This document shows positions 39,561 through 50,599 of a DNA stretch of 64,000 bases, one piece after another. The notes under the pieces are model-generated. The model worked only from the letters and a program-made list of their open reading frames with translations. It did no database searches and was not told where the DNA came from. Made by a program: the position numbers and the translations under genes. The stretch is from Azolla caroliniana (Eukaryota > Plantae > Polypodiophyta), in the NCBI GenBank assembly GCA_043228905.1, contig JBHGNT010000007.1, positions 434,001-498,000 of the forward strand, written 5' to 3'. Position 1 is the stretch's first letter, and each line of letters opens with the position of its first letter.

Positions 39561-40064
39561 TGTACCCGGAGGGAGATCCGGATGCGGGGACATATTTGTG
39601 AATATGTTTGCCAAGAGCCCTTGAGGCTATATTTGTAAATAGCCCGAAAGTCATATGTGTATAAATATGACTTAGGGCAAACAGTTTATGTTGTTGCTCA
39701 TTTTTCTGTTTTCCACTAAGAGGGAGCGAAGTGAGAGCAGCCGAGAGAGAGTGAGAGAGAAAGAGGAAGGAAGAGGTCGACGCCTCTGTGTAATACCGCC
39801 GCCTGTGGCGAGGACAGTGAGCTCAAGGTCGTCGCCTTGCAGCTCGCCATTGTACATTCCCGCGTATAGTGATAGTTGGAGTCTTGCACTCCCGTGGTTT
39901 TTCCCATTTAGGGTTTTTCCACGTAAAACATCCAGTGTACCCTTCTCTCTATTGTTTTCGTGCATTGTTGTATTTCCCGTTTTCTGTGAATCGATCCAGT
40001 TCCTCGGTTGTGGCCGAGCACGGAATTTCGACAAAGTGGTATCAGAGCGACGGTAACACAGAAA

Positions 40065-43000
40065 ATGGAAGGCGGCAGCAGCGGGCAGCCGGGGATGATG
40101 GTGCTGAATGCGCAGAACTACGCCGACTGGAAGATAAAGATGGAGGATCTGCTCATTGTTCGGGACCTGTATGAACCGATCGACAGGTCGGAAATACCCA
40201 AGGGGGTACTTGAGACGGAGTGGAGGCTTCTGAACCGGAAAGCCGTTGCAACCATTCGGCAATACGTCGACGTGAGCGTTCTACAACACGTGGCGAACGA
40301 CACCAACGCATATGAGATGTGGAGGAAGCTGTCGGGCCTCTACGAGAGGAAGAATGCGTTGAACCGAACCTCCCTGATGAGAAAGATAGTGAACCTCAAG
40401 TATCGGGACGGCGAGAGTATGGTGGAACACGTAAGCACGTTCATGGGATTCGTGAACCAGCTTGCGGCGATCAAGTTCCCGTTGGAGGATGCAATGCAAG
40501 CCATCATTCTGATGTGTAAATTGCCGGAAAGCTGGGAGAACTTGGTGGTGACTCTCAGCACCTCCTGCACCGAAGATAACTTGTCTCTACAAACGGTAAA
40601 GACAAGCATTTTGAACGAAGAAGCGCGTCGGAGAGATAAAGAACCGGCCTCCGACTCGAAGGCGCTGCTTACCGAATCGGATCGGGGAAGACAATGGAAC
40701 CGGAGTCCGCAAAGACGGGAGAAGTCGGGGACCCGGTCGCAGTCAAGAGGAAGGCCCACATGCTTCCACTGTGGGAAGCCGGGGCACTTCCGGAAGAATT
40801 GTCGGCATTACCGAAAGGACAACGGAGCCGACGACACCGATTCGAAGAAGTCACCGGAGAGAAACGGTGCATACCGGGGAGCCACGGACCGGAGAGGTCC
40901 GGATCGGCGAGGGCAGGACCGGAAAGGAACGACGGCACTCACGGCAAGTGAAGAAGAGATAATGCTCATTACCGAAGAGAGGGAGCTGAACCTTGCCGGT
41001 GTAGAGATGACCTGGGTGGTCGATTCCGGAGCGTCGTTCCACCTGACCCCGGAGAAGAAATACTTCTCATCCTACACAGCCGGTGAGCATGGCTGTGTCC
41101 GGATGGGAAATGAAGGCACATGCCGGATTGCCGGCATAGGAGACGTGTGGCTGATGACATCAACCGGATGCAAGATGCTGCTGAAGGATGTGCGACACGT
41201 TCCGGAGGTCCGATTGAACCTGATCTCGGCCGGGAGGCTAGATGATGAAGGCTACACGGGTAGCATCCGGAACGGTGTCATGAAGTTCAGCAAGGGGAGC
41301 CTGATAGTGGCTCGGGCCCGGAAGGTCAACACACTGTACCTGATGAACTCCCGGCTATGTTCGGAAGAGCTGAATGTGGCAGCCGACACTGCCGGTGAGC
41401 TGTGGCACAAAAGACTGTGCCACATGAGTGAGAAGGGGATGAAGAGGCTTGCAGAAGACAACCTTATCCCAGTGAAGCATGTGCACCTGGAAAAGTGCAC
41501 CGATTGCCTGGCCGGTAAGCAGAACCGAACCTCCTTCCACTCAAGGCCACCGACGAGACGTAGCGCACCATTGGAGTTGGTGCACACCGATGTGTGTCAG
41601 GTAGAAACGAAGTCACATGGCGGAGCCCAGTACTTCGTAACATTCATAGATGATCATAGCCGAAGACTGTGGACGGCACCGATGAAGACAAAGGACCAAG
41701 TGTTGTCCGTCTTCAAAGAACTCCACGCGAGAGTGGAAAGAGAATCCGGCAAGAAGCTGAAAGCGATACGAGCGGATAACGGAGGGGAATACCGGGGGCA
41801 GTTCCAGGAGTACTGTCGCTCGAAGGGGATCCGGCTCGAGTTTACTGTGCCGAAGACGCCGGAACTGAACGGGCTGGCCGAGAGGATGAACCGGACCATA
41901 ATGGAGAGGGTCCGGAGTATGCTGGCGCATGCGAAATTACCCAAGGGGTTTTGGGCTGAGGCAATGTCGACGGCGACGTATGTGATAAATAGATCACCCT
42001 CAGTACCTTTGGACGGAGACACGCCGCAGAAAGTGTGGACCGGTAAGGAAGTGTCCTACCGGCATCTGAAGGTGTTCGGGTGTCTCGCATACGTGCATGT
42101 GGCAAAGGACCGGAGAGGAAAGCTAGATCCAAAGACCCGGCCATGCATATTCCTCGGTTACGGCGACGACGAGTTCGGCTACCGAGTATGGGACCCGGTC
42201 GACAAGAAGATATTCAGGAGTCGAGATATCATCTTCATGGAGAACAAGACACTCGCCGACTGGGAGTCGGAGAAGAAGATGAAGAGCTCCAAGTCGACCA
42301 GTGAGGATAAACTCTACGAGGAGCAGTCCCGACCGGCAAGGGACCGGTTAGCTCTCGAGGATCCGGCCGAAGACGGTGAAGAAACAGAACCGGCCGAAGA
42401 AGATGAAAATGATACCGGAACCGGCCCCGATCCCGAAATGGATTCGGATGAAGAAGAATCGGAAGAACCGGTTACCGAAGCTCCGGAACGGAGATATCCT
42501 CTAAGAGAGAGAAGGGCCCCCCGGAGATTTCCGGAACCAGAGCACGTGCTGCTAACCGACGAGGGGGAGCCGGAGAGCTTTGAAGAAGCAAAGCATGACA
42601 CCCAGAGCCGCAGGTGGTTGAGTGCCATGCAGGACGAGATGGATTCCCTGCATGAGAACCACACATATGAACTTGTGGAGTTGCCGAAAGGAAAGCGGGC
42701 ACTTCGAAACAAGTGGGTGTTCAAGCTGAAACCGGGAGATGCCGGAAACCCCCCGAGATACAAAGCCAGGATCGTGGTGAAGGGGTTTCAGCAGAAGAAG
42801 GGCGTCGACTTCGACGAGATATTTGCCCCGGTAGTGAAGATGACCTCCATCCGGACGGTGCTGAGCATAGCGGCAAGCATGGACCTCGAGGTAGAACAGA
42901 TGGACGTGAAGACGACATTCCTTCACGGTGACCTCGAAGAAGAGATCTACATGCAGCAACCGGAAGGATTCGAGAAGAAAGGGAAGGAGCACCTGGTATG

Positions 43001-44138
43001 CCGGTTGAAGAAGAGCCTTTACGGACTGAAGCAGGCTCCCCGGCAATGGTACCGGAAGTTCGACTCCTTCATGACCGACGAAGGGTACCACAAAACGCAG
43101 TCCGATCACTGCGTGTTTGTGAAGAAGTTCGAAGGAGGAGACTTTCTAATACTCCTCCTATACGTGGACGACATGTTGATCGTCGGACGGGACCAGGTCA
43201 AGATACGGATGCTGAAGAAGGCTCTTCACCGAACCTTCTCAATGAAGGACCTGGGTCCGGCGAGGCAAATACTAGGGATGCACATCATCCGGGACCAGAA
43301 GAAGAAGCAGTTGTGGCTGTCACAGGAGAAGTACGTGACAAAGGTGCTTCACCGGTTCAACATGTCGGAAGCAAGACCGGTCGGGTCAACCCTCCCGGCA
43401 AACTGCAAGTTGTCCAGCAAGCAGAGCCCCAAGACAAAGGCTGAGAAGGAGGACATGATGAAAGTACCATATGCCTCTGCCGTCGGAAGCTTGATGTACG
43501 CAATGGTGTGTACAAGACCGGACATAGGATACGCAGTCGGAGTGGTGAGCCGGTACATGAGCAATCCCGGCAAAGACCACTGGAACGCGGTCAAGTGGAT
43601 ACTCCGATACCTGAAGGGCACGGCAAACGTGTGCCTCCGATTCGGCTCCGGTAAGCCCGAACTCGACGGCTTTACCGATTCGGATATGTCGGCTGATGAA
43701 GATACCAGCCGGTCCACATCAGGGTATGTGATGACGTATGCAGGGGGAGCTGTTTCGTGGCAGTCGAGGCTGCAGAAGACGGTTGCGTTGTCAACCACGG
43801 AGGCGGAGTACATGGCGGCTGTTGAAGCCGGCAAGGAAATAATATGGATGAAGGACTTCATTAGAGAGCTCGGTATCCGGCAAGAGGAGTACCGACTCTA
43901 CTGCGACAGTCAGAGTGCCATCCACCTTGCGAAGAACGCGGCCTATCACTCCCGGACGAAGCACATCCAGCGAAGATATCACTGGATCCGGGAAAGGATA
44001 GAAGACCAGGAGTTCATGCTGACGAAGATCCACACGGAAGAGAACGGGTCAGATATGCTGACCAAAGTGCTCACACCCGACAAGCTGGAAGCGTGCCGGA
44101 AGAGGGTCGGATTGGAGAGACATCCCATGCCGAAGTGA
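40065..44138 (+). CDS. Copia Gag-Pol polyprotein (~1357 aa from the first ATG)
   Basis: Uninterrupted ORF: CFHCGKPGHFRKNC knuckle, WVVDSGAS protease, WHKRLCH..CTDC and DDE integrase, LLYVDDML RT, RTKHIQRRYH RNase H. Confidence 0.95.
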   Translation: MEGGSSGQPGMMVLNAQNYADWKIKMEDLLIVRDLYEPIDRSEIPKGVLETEWRLLNRKAVATIRQYVDVSVLQHVANDTNAYEMWRKLSGLYERKNALNRTSLMRKIVNLKYRDGESMVEHVSTFMGFVNQLAAIKFPLEDAMQAIILMCKLPESWENLVVTLSTSCTEDNLSLQTVKTSILNEEARRRDKEPASDSKALLTESDRGRQWNRSPQRREKSGTRSQSRGRPTCFHCGKPGHFRKNCRHYRKDNGADDTDSKKSPERNGAYRGATDRRGPDRRGQDRKGTTALTASEEEIMLITEERELNLAGVEMTWVVDSGASFHLTPEKKYFSSYTAGEHGCVRMGNEGTCRIAGIGDVWLMTSTGCKMLLKDVRHVPEVRLNLISAGRLDDEGYTGSIRNGVMKFSKGSLIVARARKVNTLYLMNSRLCSEELNVAADTAGELWHKRLCHMSEKGMKRLAEDNLIPVKHVHLEKCTDCLAGKQNRTSFHSRPPTRRSAPLELVHTDVCQVETKSHGGAQYFVTFIDDHSRRLWTAPMKTKDQVLSVFKELHARVERESGKKLKAIRADNGGEYRGQFQEYCRSKGIRLEFTVPKTPELNGLAERMNRTIMERVRSMLAHAKLPKGFWAEAMSTATYVINRSPSVPLDGDTPQKVWTGKEVSYRHLKVFGCLAYVHVAKDRRGKLDPKTRPCIFLGYGDDEFGYRVWDPVDKKIFRSRDIIFMENKTLADWESEKKMKSSKSTSEDKLYEEQSRPARDRLALEDPAEDGEETEPAEEDENDTGTGPDPEMDSDEEESEEPVTEAPERRYPLRERRAPRRFPEPEHVLLTDEGEPESFEEAKHDTQSRRWLSAMQDEMDSLHENHTYELVELPKGKRALRNKWVFKLKPGDAGNPPRYKARIVVKGFQQKKGVDFDEIFAPVVKMTSIRTVLSIAASMDLEVEQMDVKTTFLHGDLEEEIYMQQPEGFEKKGKEHLVCRLKKSLYGLKQAPRQWYRKFDSFMTDEGYHKTQSDHCVFVKKFEGGDFLILLLYVDDMLIVGRDQVKIRMLKKALHRTFSMKDLGPARQILGMHIIRDQKKKQLWLSQEKYVTKVLHRFNMSEARPVGSTLPANCKLSSKQSPKTKAEKEDMMKVPYASAVGSLMYAMVCTRPDIGYAVGVVSRYMSNPGKDHWNAVKWILRYLKGTANVCLRFGSGKPELDGFTDSDMSADEDTSRSTSGYVMTYAGGAVSWQSRLQKTVALSTTEAEYMAAVEAGKEIIWMKDFIRELGIRQEEYRLYCDSQSAIHLAKNAAYHSRTKHIQRRYHWIRERIEDQEFMLTKIHTEENGSDMLTKVLTPDKLEACRKRVGLERHPMPK

Positions 44139-46845
44139 AGGGGGAGTTTGTTGGGATTTCGGTCCCTCCGGATGGGATGTCCGGAGATGAATGACGGCAA
44201 GCCCGGTTGCGGTTACGGTGCCGGATGATGAAGACCCCGGCTACGGAGCCGGATGATGAAGACCCCGGCTACGGTGCCGGATGATGAAGACCCCGGCTAC
44301 GGAGCCGGATGATGAATACCCCGGCTACGGAGCCGGATGCTGAAGACCCCGGTTACGGAGCCGGATGACGAATGTACCCGGAGGGAGATCCGGATGCGGG
44401 GACATATTTGTGAATATGTTTGCCAAGAGCCCTTGAGGCTATATTTGTAAATAGCCCGAAAGTCATATGTGTATAAATATGACTTAGGGCAAACAGTTTA
44501 TGTTGTTGCTCATTTTTCTGTTTTCCACTAAGAGGGAGCGAAGTGAGAGCAGCCGAGAGAGAGTGAGAGAGAAAGAGGAAGGAAGAGGTCGACGCCTCTG
44601 TGTAATACCGCCGCCTGTGGCGAGGACAGTGAGCTCAAGGTCGTCGCCTTGCAGCTCGCCATTGTACATTCCCGCGTATAGTGATAGTTGGAGTCTTGCA
44701 CTCCCGTGGTTTTTCCCATTTAGGGTTTTTCCACGTAAAACATCCAGTGTACCCTTCTCTCTATTGTTTTCGTGCATTGTTGTATTTCCCGTTTTCTGTG
44801 AATCGATCCAGTTCCTCGGTTGTGGCCGAGCACGGAATTTCGACAAGGAGGAGCTCCCCTTTTACCTCATCGCATCTCCTCGACATCCAATCGTCTTAAG
44901 ACTAACGTAGTTGGAGGCGTACAATCCAATAGTGGATTGGTGCAATCGCTCAATCAAATTTAGCGAGCCAGGATGCTCGTAGAGAACTATGAAGGTCAAT
45001 TCAGTTTCACATCCTTCGGAGAAGATCGATTCCGACTCGGCCACCCCACCCTCGGTCGAGAATGGGGTCGTTTGTGGTGCCGTTTCTAACACACTCCACC
45101 TTATTCCCGACAAATACAAATACTTCTCCGAAGTATTTGAGAAATGTAATGTAGATTGTTTGCTCAAACACTAGCTCTACGACTGTCCGCTTGATCTTCA
45201 AGAAGGTGTGTGTCCACCCTTTGGTTCTCTATATGCGTTGTCTGCACCAGAGATGAAGGCCCTTTGTGTGTATCTCAATGAGAACCTCGAGAAAGGATTT
45301 ATTCAACCTTCTAAGTTACCGGCCAGGCCCCCCATATTATTCGTGAAGAAGAAGGATGGCTCTCTACGCTTATGCGTCGACTACCAGGGTCTCAACAAAC
45401 TTACTGTGCGCAACCGTTATCCGCTACCGCCGATCCCAGAACTCCTTGACCGGCTCTGCGTTGCGCGTGTCTTCTCCAAAGTTGATCTGTGTGGAGCATA
45501 CAATCTAGTACGCATCAAGCGGGGGGATGAATGGAAAACCGCATTCCGAACACGGTATGGGCATTTCGAATACAAGGTAATGCCTTTTGGTCTTACTAAT
45601 GCCCCAACAGTTTTTCAACATCTGATGAACGATATATTCCGGGAATATCTCGATCATTTTCTTGTCATTTACCTCGATGATATTCTGATTTTTTCGCCAA
45701 ACATGGAGGAGCACACTCTCCAAGTCCTATTAGTTCTTGCCAAACTTCGCGAGCACGACCTTTATACCAAAGGCGAGAAATGTGAGTTCGACCGTACCTC
45801 GATCGAATTCCTAGGCTACATCATCTCGCCCATTGGCACTACCATGGATATGAAGAAGGTCTCTGTCATTCGGGAGTGGGCGACTCCAAGTCAACTTAAA
45901 GATGTGCAATCCTTCCTCGGCTTCGCAAATTTTTACCGTCACTTCATCAAGGGGTTTTCCACCCTAGCACAACCTCTTATTGCCCTCACCCGCAAAGGTG
46001 CTCCTTTTTTATGGACCTGAACGGCACAAAATGCGTTCGACTCACTCAAATATGTATTCATCACTACCCCGGTGCTGCTACATGCCGACCCCACAAAACC
46101 CTTCCAAGTCGAAACCGATGCCTCGAACTTCGCCATTGGTGCCATCTTATCCGAGGGAGATGACACCAACCTAATGCACCCAATGACTTACTACTTCCGA
46201 AAATTCACAGCATCCGAAATCAATTATCCCATATACGACAAGGAGCTGGCTGCTATCATGGCCGCCTTTGAAGAATGGCGACCCTACTTGGCTGCGCAAA
46301 ACATCGTGTCTAGGTAGTGACTGATCATAAAAATTTAGTTTATTTTTCTACCACTCACACTTTGAATCGAATGCACGCCCATTGGTTGACATTTCTCGCT
46401 GACTACGATTTTGAGATCGTATTTCGACCTAATGGGCAACATGGGAAGGCCGATGCCCTTTCTCATCAAGCTGACCTTGCACAATCTAGATGCTTGTTGA
46501 AACCTGACCAATTGCATCTTTTTGCCACTTGTATGTTGCAGGATGATTCATTACTCCAATAGATCACCGATGCATCGACGATCGATGCGTTCACCAATGG
46601 GATTCGAGATCGTCTGCAACACCCCTCCAAGGAGACCAAAAGGTAGGACCTTGACCACTTCACCATACAAGATGGTTTGCTATACCACGATCATCTCTTA
46701 TATGTCCCAGAGAGCCCGTGTCGCACTCGGGTGTTGCGGGAGTGCCACGATGACCCACTTGTGGGGTCGCAAAAACCATCGAGCTAATCTCTCGGAGGTA
46801 CTGGTCGCCACAACCATGGAAGTTGGTCAAAGAATACATCAAGAG

Positions 46846-47515
46846 TGATGGAAACTCGACGTTCCTTATGTCCGACGTTCGGCCACAACCGAGATTCTTT
46901 TCATACACAGAAAAATAGGTAATGTAACGCGACACAAAGGGGAGAAATGGTACACAGGAGGTTTACGTGGAAAACCCCAAAATAAGGGAAAAACCACCGC
47001 AGCCCACAGGCTGCAAACTGTCACTATGTAGGAATGTACAACAGTGAGATCACTGAGGCAACGACCTCGTGCTCTCAGATCTTCGCCACAGGCGGCGGTT
47101 ACAACAGAGGCAACGACCTCGTCTCTCTCTCTCTGTACAGTTACGCGCTCTTCTCTATCTTCTTGCACCAACAAGAAAGAATAACAACAATTGAAATCAC
47201 ACACACTAAAGGTTTGCCCTAAGTCATATTTAAACTAATATGACTTTTCGGCTATTTACAAATGTAGCCTCGATGGGCTCTCAGAAACATATTTACGAAT
47301 ATGTCTCTTCCTCCGGTTCATACCGGGCCTGCACCATCTGACTCTCCGCAGTCGGGTACTCCCCATCCGGTTCATACCGGGCCTGCACCATCCGACTCTC
47401 CGCAGTCGGGTACTCCCCATCCGGTTCATACCGGGTCGGCCTCGGCCTGTCGGCCTAGTTTGTTCGTCGGCACTGTTCTTCTCCCTTTCCATCCGGAGGG
47501 ACCTGTATCCCAACA
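46846..47515 (-). mobile_element. Solo LTR related to the intact copia LTR, inserted in the chromovirus integrase zinc finger
   Basis: Minus strand starts TGTTGGGATACAGGTCCCTCCGGATGG versus TGTTGGGATTTCGGTCCCTCCGGATGG and ends TTCCATCA. It interrupts YIK|SCEVC; imperfect TSD AAGAG/AAG; contains a 54-bp repeat at 47313-47435. Confidence 0.85.
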
Positions 47516-49013
47516 AAGTTGTGAGGTTTGTGCTTGCTCCAAAGCCGCTCATCATTGGCCATACGACTTACTCCAGTCGCTTCCATGCCCTAGTCGTCCC
47601 TGGGCCTTTATCTCTATGGACCTGATAACTGATCTACCCTTGGTCAATGGCTATGACTCGGTGTTGGTCATAGCCGATCGGTTTACAAAGACGGCTCACT
47701 TCACTCCTTGCTCCAAAACCATTTCCGGCGAAGGAATGACACATCTACTCCTCAACAATGTGGTCCGCTTGCATGGACTCCCCGACGATATCATCTCCGA
47801 TCGTGGACCCCGTTTTGTCTCTCACTTCTCGTAGCGCCTGCTACAAACTTTAGGCATCTCTGTCAAGTTTTCCTCCGCCTATCACCCCCAAACTAATGGG
47901 CAAACAGAGCGTGTCAACCAAATCCTTGAACAGTATCTTTGGTGCTAAGTTAGTTACCAACAAGATGATTGAGTCAACTTACTTTCACTCCTGGAATTCG
48001 TCTACAATAATTCTCTCCATACATCGACTGGCATCGCTCCCTTCTTTGCAATCTATGGTTTACATCCTCGCTTCAACATTTCCCTCCCTACCACTTCTGT
48101 GAACCTTTGGCGGGGGGTCACGCCCATGTTTTAGAAGAGCTACATCATGATTTATCCTTGGATCTTAGTCTCGTTGGTGAATGATACAAGAAGCAAGTTG
48201 ATCGCAATCGATCTACCACTTCACACTTTTTCGCCGGAGACATGGTCTGGATGTTACAACGGCACATCTCCACGACTCGTCCATGCGCGAAACTTGATTA
48301 CAAGAAGTTGGGCCTGTTCTGTATTGTCGAGTGCATCAATTTCGTCACCTTCCGGCTCGCCCTTCCATCCCACTTTTGTATTCCTGATGTTTTTCATATC
48401 TCCCTCCTCGAAACCCATTATGCTTTGCAACGCCCAGGATGCCAGGACCCACCACCACCAGCTGTGCAATTGACGACAGAGGAGGAATACATGGTCGACC
48501 AAATCCTTGACTCGTGTTGGCACTGTTGACACTTGCAATACCTCGTCTTGTGGAAGGGTTACCCCATGTCTGACACCAGGTGGGAACCACCGGAAAATAT
48601 TCAAAATGCCCTGGAGGTGGTTAAGGATTTTCATCACCGATATCCCCACAAACCAGCAGCCGATTTGGGAAGGCGGTGTAGGAGAGGGAATAATGTCAAA
48701 ACTGAAACTCTTGACATGACCATGTTATAATCTAGTGTTATATGATAACCAACATATCTTGTATACAAAACAAATGGATGACATCCCATTTACATTTATA
48801 GAAGTATCTAAAGGTATTGATAAGATAGGGGTAGTGTGTTAAGTATCCACTAGACATCTGATATGTGATGCTATTGTTAAGGATAAATTGAAGACTCCTT
48901 GTAGAAGTAAGGCAATAAAGAGAGAGAACCTAACATTGTATTGGGGTATGAAGGTAGTTACCATAAACCTTCCTAACTTAAACATAAAACGGTTATAATT
49001 GTAATATTATTTA

Positions 49014-49270
49014 GGGAAAAGTACCAGGATACCCCTGGAAGTTTGTCTATTTACCAGAATGCCCCTGGAAGTTCCAAATTTACCAAACTACCCCTATGTC
49101 CAAAAAAATACACTCTATAAAGTAAATATACACTCAAATCTACAAGCCCTATTTACCAAAATACCCTTAAACCTAAACTTATTTACCATAATGCCACTAT
49201 ATACCTATTTTGACCAATTTATACCACTTTTCTTTCTCAAAATACATCATAAATCATATCCCCCTCGAAC
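49014..49270 (+). mobile_element. Mutator-like (MULE) terminal inverted repeat, partner not found in window
   Basis: Begins GGGAAAAGTACCAGGATACCCCTGGAAG with repeated TTTACCAnAnT(A/G)CCC motifs, as in plant MULE TIRs; truncates the chromovirus downstream LTR. Confidence 0.6.
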
Positions 49271-49489
49271 CCTCCACATCCCCATCTGTTCGCCATATCC
49301 ATCGTCCTGATCATCATCTTCACCATACTCATCTTCCTCTTCAACATCTACCTCGTCACCACCACCACCTCCACCACCACCACCATCATCAGGAATTTCC
49401 TCCCCCAATTTACCATCTCTTCACATGGCAACACCTCTCTGCTGACCAAATTGAAATGCAATAACCAACCCATTGTTTCAATGGCTTAT

Positions 49490-49630
49490 TCGTCCTTTGG
49501 CAAAAATGGCTCTTTCGACGAGGAGGGAGCAAAGGATGAAGACAAAGCACGCGAGAGCGATGCCCCAAGTCGGGCCGTAGAGTAATCGCACATTGTCCAC
49601 CGAGGAATTCGCACCTCCCCCACCTGCCAT
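49490..49630 (-). pseudogene. MLO: Orphan MLO exon 1 (inverted relative to the MLO body)
   Basis: MAGGGGANSSVDNVRLLYGPTWGIALACFVFILCSLLVERAIFAKGR has the PTW motif and TM1 of MLO proteins; it is followed by ATAAGC where a phase-0 GTAAGC donor is expected. Confidence 0.85.
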
Positions 49631-50297
49631 TACTCTTATATTTAGACAGACTATTACAACAGATAATATGCCTACTCCTTGGACTTGTAAGGGAAAAACA
49701 TTTACTCCTACACTAAAAGGTTCACTCTTGATGATTTTCTCACTCAACTCTTATATATGTTGACACAAGAATCCATGTTGACACAATTACCATAGGAATA
49801 AATGATGTACACTCTTTCTTTTACTTATTTTGTTTTTTTCCTCATTATATTGCAACTTGCAATGTACTTTTAATGTCTTTTTGGGCCTAAGAACATTACT
49901 TGTAAGAGAACCAACCAATAAGGGTCACGTCTCATACTAGTCATGGAAAGGAAATGATCAAAAACCGGGAGCTAATGTGAGAGAATCCAGCCTAAGACAA
50001 TATATTTGTTGTTCCGAAATACGATCGAGATAGAACAAAAAAGACAAATCAAGATTTTTTTTCCAAAGTTGAGAAAACGACAACTGCTCATATTATACCG
50101 TGTAAAGCTAGTAACTTCCAAAGCTTTGGAGCATGACTTTGACCATATATAATCATGTGATGCGTTGTTTGTATGCAAAGCTTGCTTTATACATATTTGT
50201 CCCATTACATGAGTAGACTTAGGAGTACAAACTTAAATCATTTCCAACATGCTTTTAATTGCAAGAAGCCTAATCCTAAGAGAATCTCACATGTTTT

Positions 50298-50299
<2 letters not shown>

Positions 50300-50342
<43 letters not shown>
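50300..50342. repeat. (CA)n microsatellite
   Basis: About 21 CA units. Confidence 0.95.
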
Positions 50343-50343
<1 letters not shown>

Positions 50344-50599
50344 TCCCAAAGGGAACATGCTTTTGTTGTGTATTTGTTGCGATCCACAGTTAATGCTTTG
50401 ATAAAAATTTGAGTTTGACCACACAAGGTATTTTAGTGTATGATGCAATTGAAGTATGAAAGACAGATGCGTTCTTTGATTATATTTAATGTAGAGTACA
50501 ACAAATGGTACATAAGCTAACGACAATGTTGATTCGTCAATTCTCACAACATTCATGGAATAGTCTTCGAAATGTTTGTGGATCAACATGAGGTGGGTG

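Larger units (their letters stand above)
39337..44845 (+). mobile_element. Intact full-length Ty1/copia retrotransposon (Tnt1/Tork-like)
   Basis: Two 697-bp LTRs (39337-40033, 44149-44845) with no visible difference, TSD AGGAG, tRNA-iMet PBS TGGTATCAGAGC at 40037, PPT AAGGGGGAG before the 3' LTR. Confidence 0.97.
36941..49010 (+). mobile_element. Decayed chromodomain Ty3/gypsy element (Tcn1/Tf1-like chromovirus) hosting three nested insertions
   Basis: 5' LTR TGTCA...TGACA 36941-37498; gag from ATG ~37548 (EPKVSLPEKFDG, CMYCGPLGH knuckle); protease ALLDS ~39150; RT 45208-46020 (YLDD); RNase H ETDASNFAIG; integrase SDRGPRF; chromodomain QYLVLWKGYP..WEPPEN; PPT GGAGAGGGAATAA; downstream LTR from 48694. 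Multiple stops and frameshifts. Confidence 0.9.

Noticed and set aside
40118-44200. Many antisense and alternate-frame ORFs over the copia polyprotein
   Set aside because: Shadow ORFs from GC-rich coding sequence; no independent domains.
27602-49630. Trans-splicing of the inverted exon 1 onto the MLO body
   Set aside because: The exon 1 donor is mutated and the body has stops and a frameshift; rearrangement of a dead gene is simpler.
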